A stretch of DNA of 64,000 bases from an uncultured Planctomycetota bacterium (GCA_963841915.1 CAWJEN010000006.1:1376001-1440000); one strand, 5' to 3'. Positions 9,535 through 19,963 are shown, counted from the first letter of the stretch. Notes: generated by a model from the letters alone, not told the origin. A program made the numbers and translations.

Positions 9535-10356
9535 TCAAGTTGGTGACGTAGTCGCCGCCTGTCTCCAGACGCCATCGGTGCCGAGCAGCTCGTAGGGGCG
9601 GAAGTCGGTCTTGTACGCCATGGCATCGCAACCTTCGACGTGGAAGCCCAAGTAGTAGAAGGCCAGCGACGTCTGCCGGCAATAGTTGAGCTCGGCCAAC
9701 GCTCCATAGATACCGAGCGACCGCCTCGGCTGGTTCGGGCAGTAGTAGAAGTAGACGCTTGACAAGACGCGGGGCCCGGCGTCGCAGATGCCGACCGCCA
9801 TCAGTTCGCCGCCGCCGTTGCGGTAGCAGAACTCGAGCGTTTCGACGGGAGAATCGTATAAGAAGTCGACGAAGCTGGGCCAGTTCAGATGGTCGCGCTC
9901 GCCGTGTCTTTGGCTTTGGTAGTGGCGGTACAGGTCGAACTTCTCGGGTGTTGGCTCGAGCTTGCCGACAGTGACGGTCAGGTCGGCGTTGCGGTTGAGG
10001 CAACGTCTGAACCGCTTGCCTGCTGTGACGTCGAAGTCGGCGACGCGACAGCGAACAGGACGGCACTCCCGACAGCTGCGGCAGGTCGGCTGATATACAA
10101 CGTGCCCGCTTCGACGAAATCCGCAGTTCATCAGCTGTTCGTAAACCTGCGGCGACATTTCGTCGGCCAGAAACGCGCGGTCTCGGGCTACACGCCCTGG
10201 CAGATACGGGCACGCATGCGGCCCGAGCTCGACGAGCGTCGCGTTGAGGTTCGGGTCGATCGACGGCCACAAACTCATCGTCTGCCCGTGCGGCACCGTC
10301 GGGACCTCGTGCCGCACCTGGAGCGGAATCAAATTGGGCGGCGGTTGCGGGTTCAT
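9535..10356 (-). CDS. bpt: Aspartate/glutamate leucyltransferase (ATE1-like Bpt)
   Basis: CPYLPG, GFRRSG, YQPTCRSCRECRPVR, SSVYFYY, YYLGF...MAYKTDFRP; start approximate. Confidence 0.88.
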   Translation of the reverse strand: MNPQPPPNLIPLQVRHEVPTVPHGQTMSLWPSIDPNLNATLVELGPHACPYLPGRVARDRAFLADEMSPQVYEQLMNCGFRRSGHVVYQPTCRSCRECRPVRCRVADFDVTAGKRFRRCLNRNADLTVTVGKLEPTPEKFDLYRHYQSQRHGERDHLNWPSFVDFLYDSPVETLEFCYRNGGGELMAVGICDAGPRVLSSVYFYYCPNQPRRSLGIYGALAELNYCRQTSLAFYYLGFHVEGCDAMAYKTDFRPYELLGTDGVWRQAATTSPT

Positions 10357-10542
10357 CGGTGAAGCTGATAACAACCTACGAAATGGTTCGGCGGCGTGGA
10401 AGCATTTCCTGCCACTCGTGGCGGTTCGTTCATAAAAAGTGTCGTCTTGTACCCCGCGTGACCCGCCAAGCGCGCTCAGCGCGTACAGACGGACGAACCG
10501 GCTCCACCTGCACAGCACGTCGTCACTACTGTGCCGTCCCGG

Positions 10543-12018
10543 ATGGACCTTGCCTTACTATTTGCCGCTGTCACCATTGCGCTCTCGATCAGCGCGTTGT
10601 GCTCGCTACTGGAGGCGACGCTTCTCAGCCTGACACCGGGCGACGTGGCGAGCCTCAAGCGGCAGCACCCGACCGCCGGGGCGATCTGGTCCGGCTTCAA
10701 GAAGAACGTCGAGCAGCCGATCAGCGTCATTTTGATCTGCAACACAGCCGCCCACACCATCGGTGCGACGGTCGCCGGTGCCGAATTCGAGAAGGTGATC
10801 GAGCGGTACTACCCGGGTTCGGGTGGCTGGAGCGTGTTCGCATTTGGTGCCGTCTTTACGATCTTGATGCTGCAGTTTACGGAGATTCTGCCCAAGACGC
10901 TTGGCGTGCGGTACAACATCGCCGTTGCCAGCGTGACGGCACGGCCGATGCGGTGGCTGGTGAAGATCATGCAGCCGGTGTTGGCAGCGGTGAAGTTCAT
11001 CAACAAGCCCTTCGAGCCGGCCGGCCATGAGGGTGGGCACGGCAAGGCCGTCAGCGTGGACGAAATCGCCACGCTTGCCGCGATGGCGCGGACGACGCAG
11101 GTCATCGACGAGCACCAGGAACGTATGATCGCCGCCGCCGGCCGGCTCAGTGACATGCGCGCTCGGCAGGTCATGACGCCGCGCAAGGACATGCACGCGA
11201 TCAAGCTGTCCGACCCGTTCGGCAGCGTGCTCAAGACGCTCCGCAGCACGCCCTACACGCGACTGCCCGTCCTGGGGGATGGCATCGACGACGTGCGAGG
11301 CAGCGTCCACCTGCGTGACGTCTTCAACGCGCTGGCGCTCGTTCCCGGCCGACTGCACATCGCTGAGAATCCGGCCAATCCTGACGAGATCAAAGCCGTT
11401 CTGCCCGATCTGCCCGGTGGTGAGCTGCACGTCATCGGCTCGGGAGAGATCGACTTGGCGTCTCTGATCCGGCCGATCCCTTTCGTGCCGGAAACGCAGC
11501 CACTCGGTGAGTTGCTCAAGCAATTCCAAGGCAGCTTCTTCGGCCGTGATGGCACCGTAGCTGACACCAAGATCGACAGTCACATCGCCATCGTCGTCGA
11601 TGAGTACGGCTCGACGCAGGGCCTTGTCACCCTCGAGGACGTGCTCGAAGAACTGGTCGGAGACATTGAAGACGAGTTCGACGCGGGTGAACGTGTTTGG
11701 CGACTCGAAGCGGTTGAGAAGTCCGGCGATGGTGCTGAAGGCGAAGCGGCCGGCCCGATGGTCAGGCTCTGGCGTGCCGACGGTGAAGTGCCGCTTCGCG
11801 AGATCGGTAGTCAGCTCAAGCTTCAAGACGAAGCCATCGCCCAGGCGGAAAGCCGCGAAACCACCACACTCGGCGGCTACGTCACACGCGAACTCGGCCG
11901 CTGGCCCAATCCCGGCGACGAGGTGCAACTGGCCGACGTCATCATTCGCGTCGACGCCGTCGAGCGTGGACAGGTGAAAGAAGCCCGCCTCGAGCGGCGT
12001 GAGGTCGCACCGGAGTAG
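10543..12018 (+). CDS. CNNM/HlyC hemolysin-family transporter (DUF21-CBS-CorC)
   Basis: SALCSLLEATLLS, EILPKTLG, VMTPR, AIVVDEYGSTQGLVTLEDVLEELVGDIEDE. Confidence 0.92.
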   Translation: MDLALLFAAVTIALSISALCSLLEATLLSLTPGDVASLKRQHPTAGAIWSGFKKNVEQPISVILICNTAAHTIGATVAGAEFEKVIERYYPGSGGWSVFAFGAVFTILMLQFTEILPKTLGVRYNIAVASVTARPMRWLVKIMQPVLAAVKFINKPFEPAGHEGGHGKAVSVDEIATLAAMARTTQVIDEHQERMIAAAGRLSDMRARQVMTPRKDMHAIKLSDPFGSVLKTLRSTPYTRLPVLGDGIDDVRGSVHLRDVFNALALVPGRLHIAENPANPDEIKAVLPDLPGGELHVIGSGEIDLASLIRPIPFVPETQPLGELLKQFQGSFFGRDGTVADTKIDSHIAIVVDEYGSTQGLVTLEDVLEELVGDIEDEFDAGERVWRLEAVEKSGDGAEGEAAGPMVRLWRADGEVPLREIGSQLKLQDEAIAQAESRETTTLGGYVTRELGRWPNPGDEVQLADVIIRVDAVERGQVKEARLERREVAPE

Positions 12019-12031
12019 GCGGACTCGACTT

Positions 12032-13465
12032 CTAAACCTTGAGCTCGGCCGAGCCGCTCAATGCGGCGGCGTATCGACTGCGAATCGGTTCAACGATGTG
12101 CTCGACGAACCGTTTCGTTTGTACCGCAGCCCGGCCGGTGAAGCGGGTCGGATCAAGCGAGGCATCGAGATCCACATCGGCGAATTGTGGGTCTCCGCGA
12201 AGCCGCTCGATGAGGTCGTTGTCTCCGCCGAGCTGCTTGACGTTGGCGGCGGCGTCCATGCTGTGGCGGCGGACGGCTTCGTGCAGCTCTTGCCGATCAC
12301 CACCCGCTTTAACGCCTGCCATGAGAATCTCCTCCGTCGCCATGAACGGCAGCTCGCTGGCGACCGTCTTCTTGACGACCGCCGGATAAACGACGAGGCC
12401 GCGGGCGACGTTGACGACGATCGCCAACGCACCGTCCAGGGCCAGGAACATCTCCGGCAGCGCCAGCCGCTTATTGGAGGAATCGTCCAGCGTCCGCTCG
12501 AGCCACTGCTCGGCTGCCGTCATGACCGGCGAGTTCGCCAGCGAGATCACGAATCGTGCTAAACCCGTCGCCCGCTCGCAACGCATCGGGTTCCGCTTGT
12601 AGGCCATCGCTGACGAGCCGACTTGCTCCTTCTCGAACGGCTCCTCGAGCTGTTTGAGCCCGGCAAGGATGCGAATGTCGTTGGCGAACTTGTGCACACT
12701 CGCTGCCACGCCGGCTAGATCACCGGCAATCGTCGCGTCGAGCTTTCGCGGATACGTCTGGCCGGTGACTGCATAGCTTTGCCCGAATTCAAAGGCATTG
12801 CGGACTAAATCATCGAGTTGATCGACCTTGTCGCCGTCGTTATCGAAGAGCGTCAGGAACGAAGCCTGCGTGCCGGTTGTTCCCTTGACGCCGCGGAACT
12901 TGAGCACGCTTGCCCGCCGTTCGAGTTCTTCCAGGTCGGCCGCAAAGTCCTGGGCCCACAGCGTTGCCCGCTTACCGACAGTCGTGAGTTGGGCCGGCTG
13001 AAAGTGTGTGTAGCCGAGCGTCGGCAGATCCTTCCACTCGCTGGCGAACGTGCCGAGTGCATCGACGGCTTGGGCCAATTTCCCGCAGAGCACGCGGATC
13101 GCGTCACGCATCAGGATCAGCTCGGCGTTGTCGACGACGTACTGGCTGGTCGCCCCGAGATGGATGATGCCTTTGGCCGCCGGTGCGACGGTTTCAAAGG
13201 TGTGCACGTGAGCCATCACGTCGTGGCGAAGCCGCTTCTCCCAGTCGGCGGCAACAGAGTAGTCGATGTCGTCGAGGTGCTCACGCATCTGCTGGAGCGC
13301 TTCGTCACTGATGCGGCTGATACCCAGACGCTGTTCTCCCTCGGCGAGTGTGAGCCACAACCGCCGCCAGAGACCGAACTTGGCAGCCGGTGAGAAAAGC
13401 CGAAGCATCTCGGGCGTCGCGTTGCGGGCGGCGAGTGGTGATTCGTACGTGTTCGGATCCGTCAC
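12032..13465 (-). CDS. purB: Adenylosuccinate lyase
   Basis: RHDVMAH, IHLGATS, GSSAMAYKRNPMRCE signature. Confidence 0.97.
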   Translation of the reverse strand: MTDPNTYESPLAARNATPEMLRLFSPAAKFGLWRRLWLTLAEGEQRLGISRISDEALQQMREHLDDIDYSVAADWEKRLRHDVMAHVHTFETVAPAAKGIIHLGATSQYVVDNAELILMRDAIRVLCGKLAQAVDALGTFASEWKDLPTLGYTHFQPAQLTTVGKRATLWAQDFAADLEELERRASVLKFRGVKGTTGTQASFLTLFDNDGDKVDQLDDLVRNAFEFGQSYAVTGQTYPRKLDATIAGDLAGVAASVHKFANDIRILAGLKQLEEPFEKEQVGSSAMAYKRNPMRCERATGLARFVISLANSPVMTAAEQWLERTLDDSSNKRLALPEMFLALDGALAIVVNVARGLVVYPAVVKKTVASELPFMATEEILMAGVKAGGDRQELHEAVRRHSMDAAANVKQLGGDNDLIERLRGDPQFADVDLDASLDPTRFTGRAAVQTKRFVEHIVEPIRSRYAAALSGSAELKV

Positions 13466-13474
13466 GCCGGCAGG

Positions 13475-14329
13475 TTAGTCGTGCGTCATCCGCCGCGCGA
13501 TGTCGTCGAGAATGCGGTTGTCACCGAAGATGCCGGAATGACCGCTTTGCCAAAAGGGAACTGGCAGGCGAATTTCAACGGCACGTGGTGCCAGGTGGTC
13601 GGGAACCATGAGACCAGTCTCACCGATCGTGCGGTCTTGGTCGCGGCTGTAGGCGACGAGGTTGTACTGTCGGCAGGCCGGTGCGACGCGCTCGCGGCGG
13701 GTCAGTGTGCCCAGGAACGCACTGCCCGACCGCATCTGTCGGCCCGCGCCGAAGAAGTCAAAGAAGCCGAACCGGTCTGCCAGCGACGCCCCGCCGTGCG
13801 GCGTGCCGAGGGTGTACAGCGTGTGCACGTTGAGCCGTGACCCGTTTTTGAAGGTCGCCGCATGCCGTGCAACGAGGCCGCCCATGCTGACGGCGACGAC
13901 ATCGACTTCCGCATCTTTGCCAAATTGTTCTTCGACCGCTTCTATGACTTGCGTTGCCGCACGATCGAAGCTGCGGGCAAAGCCGGGACTAACCCCAAGG
14001 ATGGGCCGGTCATCTCCGAGCCGCTTGCGAAGTCCCTTGCTCGTGAACTTTGCCGCAAGCCCTGGATCAGCCCAGCCGCCGATGACCACGATGGGTCTCG
14101 CTTCTGCACTGCCTTCCTTATACGTCGAGCAGCCACCCAGCAGAAAACTGACGAGTATCAGGAGAACCCCCAGAGCCGCGGTCCCACGGACCGCCGGTCT
14201 GACGATGAACAAAGCACCGCCTTCGTGTGCTCCGGGCTGGGCACGCCTGCCTGGAGCACACGCCCCCAGTGCTTCCCACATCTCCAGGCCGGCGGTTCGT
14301 GGGACCGCGGCTGAGGGGTTCTCGCTCAT
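13475..14329 (-). CDS. Alpha/beta hydrolase (esterase/lipase-like), probable lipoprotein
   Basis: LLGGC lipobox, VAVSMGGLVAR nucleophile elbow, LGTPHGG; ATGA overlap with trmB stop. Confidence 0.75.
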   Translation of the reverse strand: MSENPSAAVPRTAGLEMWEALGACAPGRRAQPGAHEGGALFIVRPAVRGTAALGVLLILVSFLLGGCSTYKEGSAEARPIVVIGGWADPGLAAKFTSKGLRKRLGDDRPILGVSPGFARSFDRAATQVIEAVEEQFGKDAEVDVVAVSMGGLVARHAATFKNGSRLNVHTLYTLGTPHGGASLADRFGFFDFFGAGRQMRSGSAFLGTLTRRERVAPACRQYNLVAYSRDQDRTIGETGLMVPDHLAPRAVEIRLPVPFWQSGHSGIFGDNRILDDIARRMTHD

Positions 14330-14949
14330 GCCTTCACCGCCGAGGTGGCATTGAAGGTGCGGCCTTCGATGATGTACTTCCGCTCGAAGTTCGTTCCAAC
14401 GAATTCGCCGCCTTCGATGTCCGTCGGCGGCTCATAGGGCACGACCTGCATCGGCCCTTCCTTGAACACGCGGTCGATCTGCTCCCAATAATCGGCATGG
14501 TCCGTCACCGCGTTGACGCGGCCGCCAGGCACGAGGATTCGTTCGACCTCTTCCAGGAACGGCGGCTGGATCAGCCGCCTGCGGTTGTGCCTCGCCTTAG
14601 GCCACGGGTCGGGGAAGTAGATGTGCACCATGCTAATCGACGCGTCAGCGAGGTGGTCACGGACGAACACGCCCGCGTCGTAGCGGAGCATGCGGGCATT
14701 AGCCTCGCAGCCGTTGCGTCGCAACCGATCGCACGTGTACCGCCAGTAGAAGCGAGCCCACTCGACGCCAAGGAAGTTGACGTCAGGCCGCCGCATCGCT
14801 TCGCGGGTGATGAAGGTGCCCTTGCCGCAGCCGATTTCCAGCTCAACGGGTCGGTCGTTGCCGAAGGTCTTGGCCAGGTCCATCGGCTCGGGAATGCCTT
14901 CTTCGGGTAGCGCGATGGGCTCGACGACAAGGTCACGTTTTACCTGCAT
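14326..14949 (-). CDS. trmB: tRNA (guanine-N7)-methyltransferase
   Basis: ELEIGCGKG, FPDPWPKARHNRRRL, TDHADY, TNFERKY. Confidence 0.96.
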   Translation of the reverse strand: MQVKRDLVVEPIALPEEGIPEPMDLAKTFGNDRPVELEIGCGKGTFITREAMRRPDVNFLGVEWARFYWRYTCDRLRRNGCEANARMLRYDAGVFVRDHLADASISMVHIYFPDPWPKARHNRRRLIQPPFLEEVERILVPGGRVNAVTDHADYWEQIDRVFKEGPMQVVPYEPPTDIEGGEFVGTNFERKYIIEGRTFNATSAVKA

Positions 14950-15331
14950 GAGACGGCGACTGTAGAAGGCTCTTGGCCCGCCGCCGACGCTCCCGCCGAC
15001 GAGCAGCATTCGTCCGCCGCGTGTTCCGCAAGGTGGTTCGGACGGACCACGCGAGCACGCCCAAGCCGACCACCGCCAGGGCGAACAGGCCCGTCGTTGA
15101 AAGGCGTGAGCTGAACGCCTCCAGCAGGTACCCGAAGAACAAGACAACGATCCCGCCGACGCTCAGCGCCAGCGGGAGAAACGACAGATCAATAGGTTCA
15201 TCCGCGTGCTCTGCCACGCCGACGTCGAGCAGGTTGACGCCGCACTCTGGACAGGCCGACGACGCTGCCGCGCTGACGTCGTACTTGCACTTTGCGCAGC
15301 AGCCGATGAGCGGTCGGACATCGTGCGTCAC
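14933..15331 (-). CDS. Small membrane protein with N-terminal zinc ribbon
   Basis: CAKCKYD...CPECG then two TM helices. Confidence 0.6.
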   Translation of the reverse strand: MTHDVRPLIGCCAKCKYDVSAAASSACPECGVNLLDVGVAEHADEPIDLSFLPLALSVGGIVVLFFGYLLEAFSSRLSTTGLFALAVVGLGVLAWSVRTTLRNTRRTNAARRRERRRRAKSLLQSPSHAGKT

Positions 15332-15338
15332 CGTGAGG

Positions 15339-15737
15339 TCAGTTGGCCTCGTTCAGGCCGCTACGGATGGCGTCGGAAATAGTTGCTTCAAGCGCTTCGT
15401 CTTCGGGGTCATCGACCGTCACGGCGACGTTCACCTCGCCGTTGACGCCCGCTTTGGTGATGGAAACCGCTACGTCTGAGCCATCTTCGGACTCGCCGCT
15501 GATCAACACGACACCTGCTGCACGAGCGCCGAATCCGCTCATCACCTTCTCAGCAGCCTCGTTGAGCCTGATGTTGTTGGCGGCCAAGGCAGAGCGAGCG
15601 GCGGCCTCGGCGGCTTCGAGCCCGCTTGTCGCCTCGATCATGGTCGCATTGGACGACTCGCTTGACGATGCGCAACCGCCAGCAACGAGGCTAAGGGCGA
15701 CGACGGCCGAGGCAGCGAGTTTGCTGAGTGTGGTCAT
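15339..15737 (-). CDS. Small lipoprotein (possibly DUF3568-like)
   Basis: Lipobox VAGGC after a hydrophobic leader. Confidence 0.6.
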   Translation of the reverse strand: MTTLSKLAASAVVALSLVAGGCASSSESSNATMIEATSGLEAAEAAARSALAANNIRLNEAAEKVMSGFGARAAGVVLISGESEDGSDVAVSITKAGVNGEVNVAVTVDDPEDEALEATISDAIRSGLNEAN

Positions 15738-15808
15738 GCCGCCATGTCTACCAAAGACCGCCACCGGGGCCAAGGGGCAACATTTTGAGGAAATGGATCG
15801 ACCGATCG

Positions 15809-17377
15809 TCACGCTTCAGCCCGACTTGCGGCGGCTTTGTCGGCGGCGAGCACGCTGCCGTCCTTCTCGGCATGGATCTGCTCGACCGTCCGCGGCTCGC
15901 GACGCGTGCTGCCACGCCAGTCACGCAGCGGCACACGCGTTCCTGCCGCTTCGTGCTTCGACAGTCGATCCGCAGCGGCGTCGATTGACGTCGCTTCGTA
16001 GTTCGGCAGCCATTCGCGCCCCGCCACCAGCATCTCGTCGACCATCTGCCAGATCTCTTCCGGCTCACACACCGCCGCCGACAACGGATCGTGCAGCACC
16101 GCCTGCTTGAGCAGCGTGACATCACCCGATACGGCCGCATCTTTGGCCATCCGCTGCACGTTGACGCTTGCGATGCACGTTGCGGCACACGCCTGACTGA
16201 GCTTCAAGCCTGCCGCCATCTGGATGCCGGTCGCGTCGACGTAGCCGGGCGCTTCGATCACACAGTCACTCGGCAAGCTGGCGATCACGCCGTTGTTGCG
16301 GACGTTAAAGTGCCCGCGGTAAGGGCGGTTTGTCTCGCGGGATTCGATGATGTAGCTGCCGTGCTCGCTGGAGCGTTTCCACTCGCTCATTGGCTGGCCG
16401 GCTTCGCTGAGAAACTGCTCGTAGTCGGCTGCGAACAGCTGACGGCCCTCTGTGGTGACGCGCAGGTAGCCACCCGTCTCGCCGTTGATCCACGAGTCAG
16501 GGCCGACCCATCGTTCTGCTCGTTCGGGGCGGTCGGCAAAATGCTTTCGGTACCACGGCACGTACTCGCTCAGGTGGCCGTTGCTCTCGGTCGAGTAGAA
16601 GCCGAAGCGTCTGAGCACGTCGACGCGAACCGGCTCACGCCGGAGGATCTTTGCATGTTGCTCGAAGGCTTCGAGCAGCTCATCGCTGCCGACTTCGCGG
16701 CCTTTGTACAAGATTTTGGTGTACCACGTCTGGTGGTTGATGCCGGCACAGACGACCTGCGTGCGGTCGTGGTAGTTGCCACCCCACTCGACAAAGTCGT
16801 CGCCGTGCAGGTTGGCCAGGACCTGGTCGATTTGCCACCAGCCGCCTTCGACGCCGTGACACAGGCCAACCGTGTCAACGCCTTCACCACGGTCGTAGGC
16901 GTCGAGGGCCGCCCACGTGTTCATCACCATCGGGTTGGCGTAGTTGAGGAACAAGCAACCGTCGGCCGCGACGGCCTTGGCATCCCGCTGAAACGCCAGC
17001 ATCTGCGGCACGTTCCGCTGGCCGTACATGATCCCGCCCGCGCACAAGGTGTCACCAACGCACTGATCAATGCCATACTTCAGCGGAATGTCGATGTCCG
17101 TTGCAAAGGCTTCGAGACCGCCGATGCGGACGCAGCTGATGACATAGTTCGCACTATCGAGGGCCTCGCGACGGTCCAGGTGCTTCGACACCGTTGCAGG
17201 TAGGCCGTTGCCCTCGATTTCGCGTGTCAGGATGGCGTGCATGCGATTAAGCGCGACGGGATCGATGTCGTGCAACGCAAAGTCTGCCTCCCGCAGTTCC
17301 GGCACGAGCAACACATCGCGGACCAGCGTCCGCGTAAAGCCGAATGAGCCGGCACCGATAAATGCGATCTTCACCAC
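15809..17377 (-). CDS. Family 4 glycoside hydrolase (alpha-galactosidase-like)
   Basis: KIAFIGAGS, PLKYGIDQCVGDT, NYANP, VGLCH, AGINH. Confidence 0.93.
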   Translation of the reverse strand: MVKIAFIGAGSFGFTRTLVRDVLLVPELREADFALHDIDPVALNRMHAILTREIEGNGLPATVSKHLDRREALDSANYVISCVRIGGLEAFATDIDIPLKYGIDQCVGDTLCAGGIMYGQRNVPQMLAFQRDAKAVAADGCLFLNYANPMVMNTWAALDAYDRGEGVDTVGLCHGVEGGWWQIDQVLANLHGDDFVEWGGNYHDRTQVVCAGINHQTWYTKILYKGREVGSDELLEAFEQHAKILRREPVRVDVLRRFGFYSTESNGHLSEYVPWYRKHFADRPERAERWVGPDSWINGETGGYLRVTTEGRQLFAADYEQFLSEAGQPMSEWKRSSEHGSYIIESRETNRPYRGHFNVRNNGVIASLPSDCVIEAPGYVDATGIQMAAGLKLSQACAATCIASVNVQRMAKDAAVSGDVTLLKQAVLHDPLSAAVCEPEEIWQMVDEMLVAGREWLPNYEATSIDAAADRLSKHEAAGTRVPLRDWRGSTRREPRTVEQIHAEKDGSVLAADKAAASRAEA

Positions 17378-17410
17378 GCATTCATTGTTGGCTGTCGGCG
17401 GCTAGCGAAC

Positions 17411-19213
17411 TTATCGCCGACGCAGGGCCAGCAGGCCACCGACGCTGAGCATCAGCAGTGCGGTCGGCTCGGGAACGGTCGCGGCCCAGGCGTCGATGAG
17501 GTTGAACTGCTGCGTCGTGCCACCGAAATTGGCCCTAAGCACGGCAAAGTCGAGAATCGAGACGGTGCCGTCACGGTTGAAGTCACCGCCTTCGAAGCCG
17601 ACGTCGCCGGATCCAAAATTGCCGCGGAGCAGGGCAAAATCTAGGATGGAGACCGTTCCGTCACCGTTAGCGTCACCGGCGAGGCGGACCTCGCCGGTGA
17701 GGTTGAGCGTGAGCATCTCGCCGATTCCGCCGCCCAGCACGTTGTCGGCGTCGCTGGTTCCGATGCCGAAGATGGCCGAGAAGCTGCCGAACAGGTTGTC
17801 GGTCAGCGTCGCCAGGAAGCTGCCGGACATGCCGGCGGCGATGTCGTCGGCGTCGGCGGTTGCGGTGAAGACGCCGTTGTCGCCGGAGAGGAACGTGGCC
17901 CCATCAAGGTCGAGGCCGGCGACGAACGCGCTGCCGACGTTGAACGCATCAAGGTTGAAGACGTCACCAGTGAGCGACAGGTCGCCCAGACCGTTGCCGA
18001 TGATGCCGAAGTCGAGCGTGAGCGACTCGTCGTCCAGGTCGGCGGCGAAGGAGGCGTTGCTGCCGACGACGGTGGTAGCCGAGAGGTTGATGGTGTCGTT
18101 GCCGTCGTTGTCACCGCGGCCGACACCGCCCTGCGTGGTGACGTCGAGGTTGTCGATGGTGACAGTGCCGCTCGTCGTACCGAGCATGGCGGCGGCGTCG
18201 GCGGGCAGGCTGACGTCGATCTGTTGCGACCCGTTTCCGCCCATGACAAACGCGTTGTAGCGGCCGTTGACGCTGCTGATCGCGTCGCCGTCGGCCGTAA
18301 CGCTGTAGTACGTGCCGTCGAAGCCCGTCTTGTTGAGCGTGACCGTCTGCGTCGCGTCGAGCGTGCTGCCGAGGAGCACCTTACCGAAGTCGACGTCGAG
18401 TGACGACGAACCGTCTGCCGACGTGGTGCCACCGGCCAGACTCAGCGACGTGTCGTTCTCCTGGTCGACAAAGACGCTCCAGACGTACTCGGGCCGATCG
18501 ATGTAGGCATTGCGGTTGTTCGTGTAGAAGTCGTGGATGACGTCGTTGCGGCGGCGTTCGAAGGTGTCGGGGGCATCCTCATAATGCCAGCGCACGAGGG
18601 AAGAAAGATCACCCATCTCGCGATTACCGACATTGCCGGTGCCTTCGACGAGCTTCAGGCCGTCATCTTCCCAGCGAGTAGCGGCGTAGAAAGCGATGCG
18701 GGAGACGTCGCCCTTGTCTGCGTCGCCGGGGTAAAAGTACGCACCGACCTGACGCGCGCTTCCGCTGGTGGTATCCAATCCGAAGCTGAGATTGCTGCGT
18801 TCGGAGTTGATGGACTGCTCGGCCGGCTTAAGCATGTGGACGTCGCCGTAACGGCCGGCGGTGCCGTTGTTGCCGTTGATGCCCTGACGGCTGGCCGGCC
18901 AGACGTGCTCGCGGCTTTCGTAGTTACCGCTCTGCCACGTGTCGTCGTTGCTCTCGCGGGTGTAGACGAGCAGCATGCGACCGGCATCGTTCGGATCCTC
19001 ATCCGTCAGCGGCAGGATGTAGCGCACGGCTCCGTAGGTCGTCTGCTGGTGTCCAAGTTTCAGACGTGCCTCGAGCGAGTTCATGAGCGTCATGCCCGTG
19101 CCGCTGATGTTGTCGTAGTACGAGCCTGCGTCGTACGGATCGACCTGCGCCGAGGCCGGCGCGGCGAAGGAAGAGGCAACAAGAGCGACGGCGGTAAAAA
19201 GGCGGCGATTCAT
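17411..19213 (-). CDS. Secreted endonuclease I family nuclease with dockerin-like repeats and PEP-CTERM anchor
   Basis: Signal peptide; REHVWP, INSERSN, KGDVSR, RRNDVI...NRNAYID; GDANGDGTVSILDF twice; VPEP...LLALRRR. Confidence 0.88.
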   Translation of the reverse strand: MNRRLFTAVALVASSFAAPASAQVDPYDAGSYYDNISGTGMTLMNSLEARLKLGHQQTTYGAVRYILPLTDEDPNDAGRMLLVYTRESNDDTWQSGNYESREHVWPASRQGINGNNGTAGRYGDVHMLKPAEQSINSERSNLSFGLDTTSGSARQVGAYFYPGDADKGDVSRIAFYAATRWEDDGLKLVEGTGNVGNREMGDLSSLVRWHYEDAPDTFERRRNDVIHDFYTNNRNAYIDRPEYVWSVFVDQENDTSLSLAGGTTSADGSSSLDVDFGKVLLGSTLDATQTVTLNKTGFDGTYYSVTADGDAISSVNGRYNAFVMGGNGSQQIDVSLPADAAAMLGTTSGTVTIDNLDVTTQGGVGRGDNDGNDTINLSATTVVGSNASFAADLDDESLTLDFGIIGNGLGDLSLTGDVFNLDAFNVGSAFVAGLDLDGATFLSGDNGVFTATADADDIAAGMSGSFLATLTDNLFGSFSAIFGIGTSDADNVLGGGIGEMLTLNLTGEVRLAGDANGDGTVSILDFALLRGNFGSGDVGFEGGDFNRDGTVSILDFAVLRANFGGTTQQFNLIDAWAATVPEPTALLMLSVGGLLALRRR

Positions 19214-19333
19214 AACGTGGCAGCAGCAGCTTAAACGCCGCCGCGGGTGCGGGCGTTCGCTTCAACAGCTTCGAAAGATGCAGTCACCCGCAAACAGGTG
19301 AGACTTGGTTGGTCTGTCCAGCTTGAACCAGGC

Positions 19334-19963
19334 TCAAGCCGTCTCGCGGGTGACGATCGGGTAATCCTCGCGCTCACCGACGCCGCGCAGCGGGTAATCC
19401 TTACGGAGCGGGCGAGCGTTGTAACCGTTCCAGGTCAGCAGCCGGCGCAGATCGGGGTGGCCGCGAAAGACGATGCCGAACATGTCGTACGCCTCGCGCT
19501 CGGGCCACTCAGCACCGGGGTAAACGCCCGTTACGCTGTCGATCATCAGGCCCGGATCGCCCTGCTCGAAGGCGTCCTCGTCGTTGAACTCGCTCTCGCC
19601 GGGCGCTGTCGAACGCTCGGGGTCGAGGAAGACTTTCAGCCACAGGCGTGTGTTGCTCTCGAAGCTCGTCACGCCGTACGTGACGCCGAATCGCCCGGGC
19701 GAGCCGCCGGGGTACTTGAGATAGTCGATTGCGTTGAGCTCGTGGAGCAGGTCGTACCGCAGTGCCTCGTCATCCCGCAGGAATGTCAAAACATCAACGA
19801 TCTTGTCGCGCGGCACGCGGACGGTGACCATGTCGCGGAACTCACCGGCGGCCAAGCCTGCACCGGCAAACTCGGCCTTGAGCGGCTCCAGCGCCGGGTG
19901 GCTGTCCGCGCGGACGGGTCGGACGGCGGCGTTGGTGCCGCGATTGGTCGCCGGAATAGACAT
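19334..19963 (-). CDS. nuoC: NADH-quinone oxidoreductase subunit C
   Basis: AEWPEREAYDMFGIVFRGHPDLRRLL...PLRKDYPL. Confidence 0.94.
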   Translation of the reverse strand: MSIPATNRGTNAAVRPVRADSHPALEPLKAEFAGAGLAAGEFRDMVTVRVPRDKIVDVLTFLRDDEALRYDLLHELNAIDYLKYPGGSPGRFGVTYGVTSFESNTRLWLKVFLDPERSTAPGESEFNDEDAFEQGDPGLMIDSVTGVYPGAEWPEREAYDMFGIVFRGHPDLRRLLTWNGYNARPLRKDYPLRGVGEREDYPIVTRETA

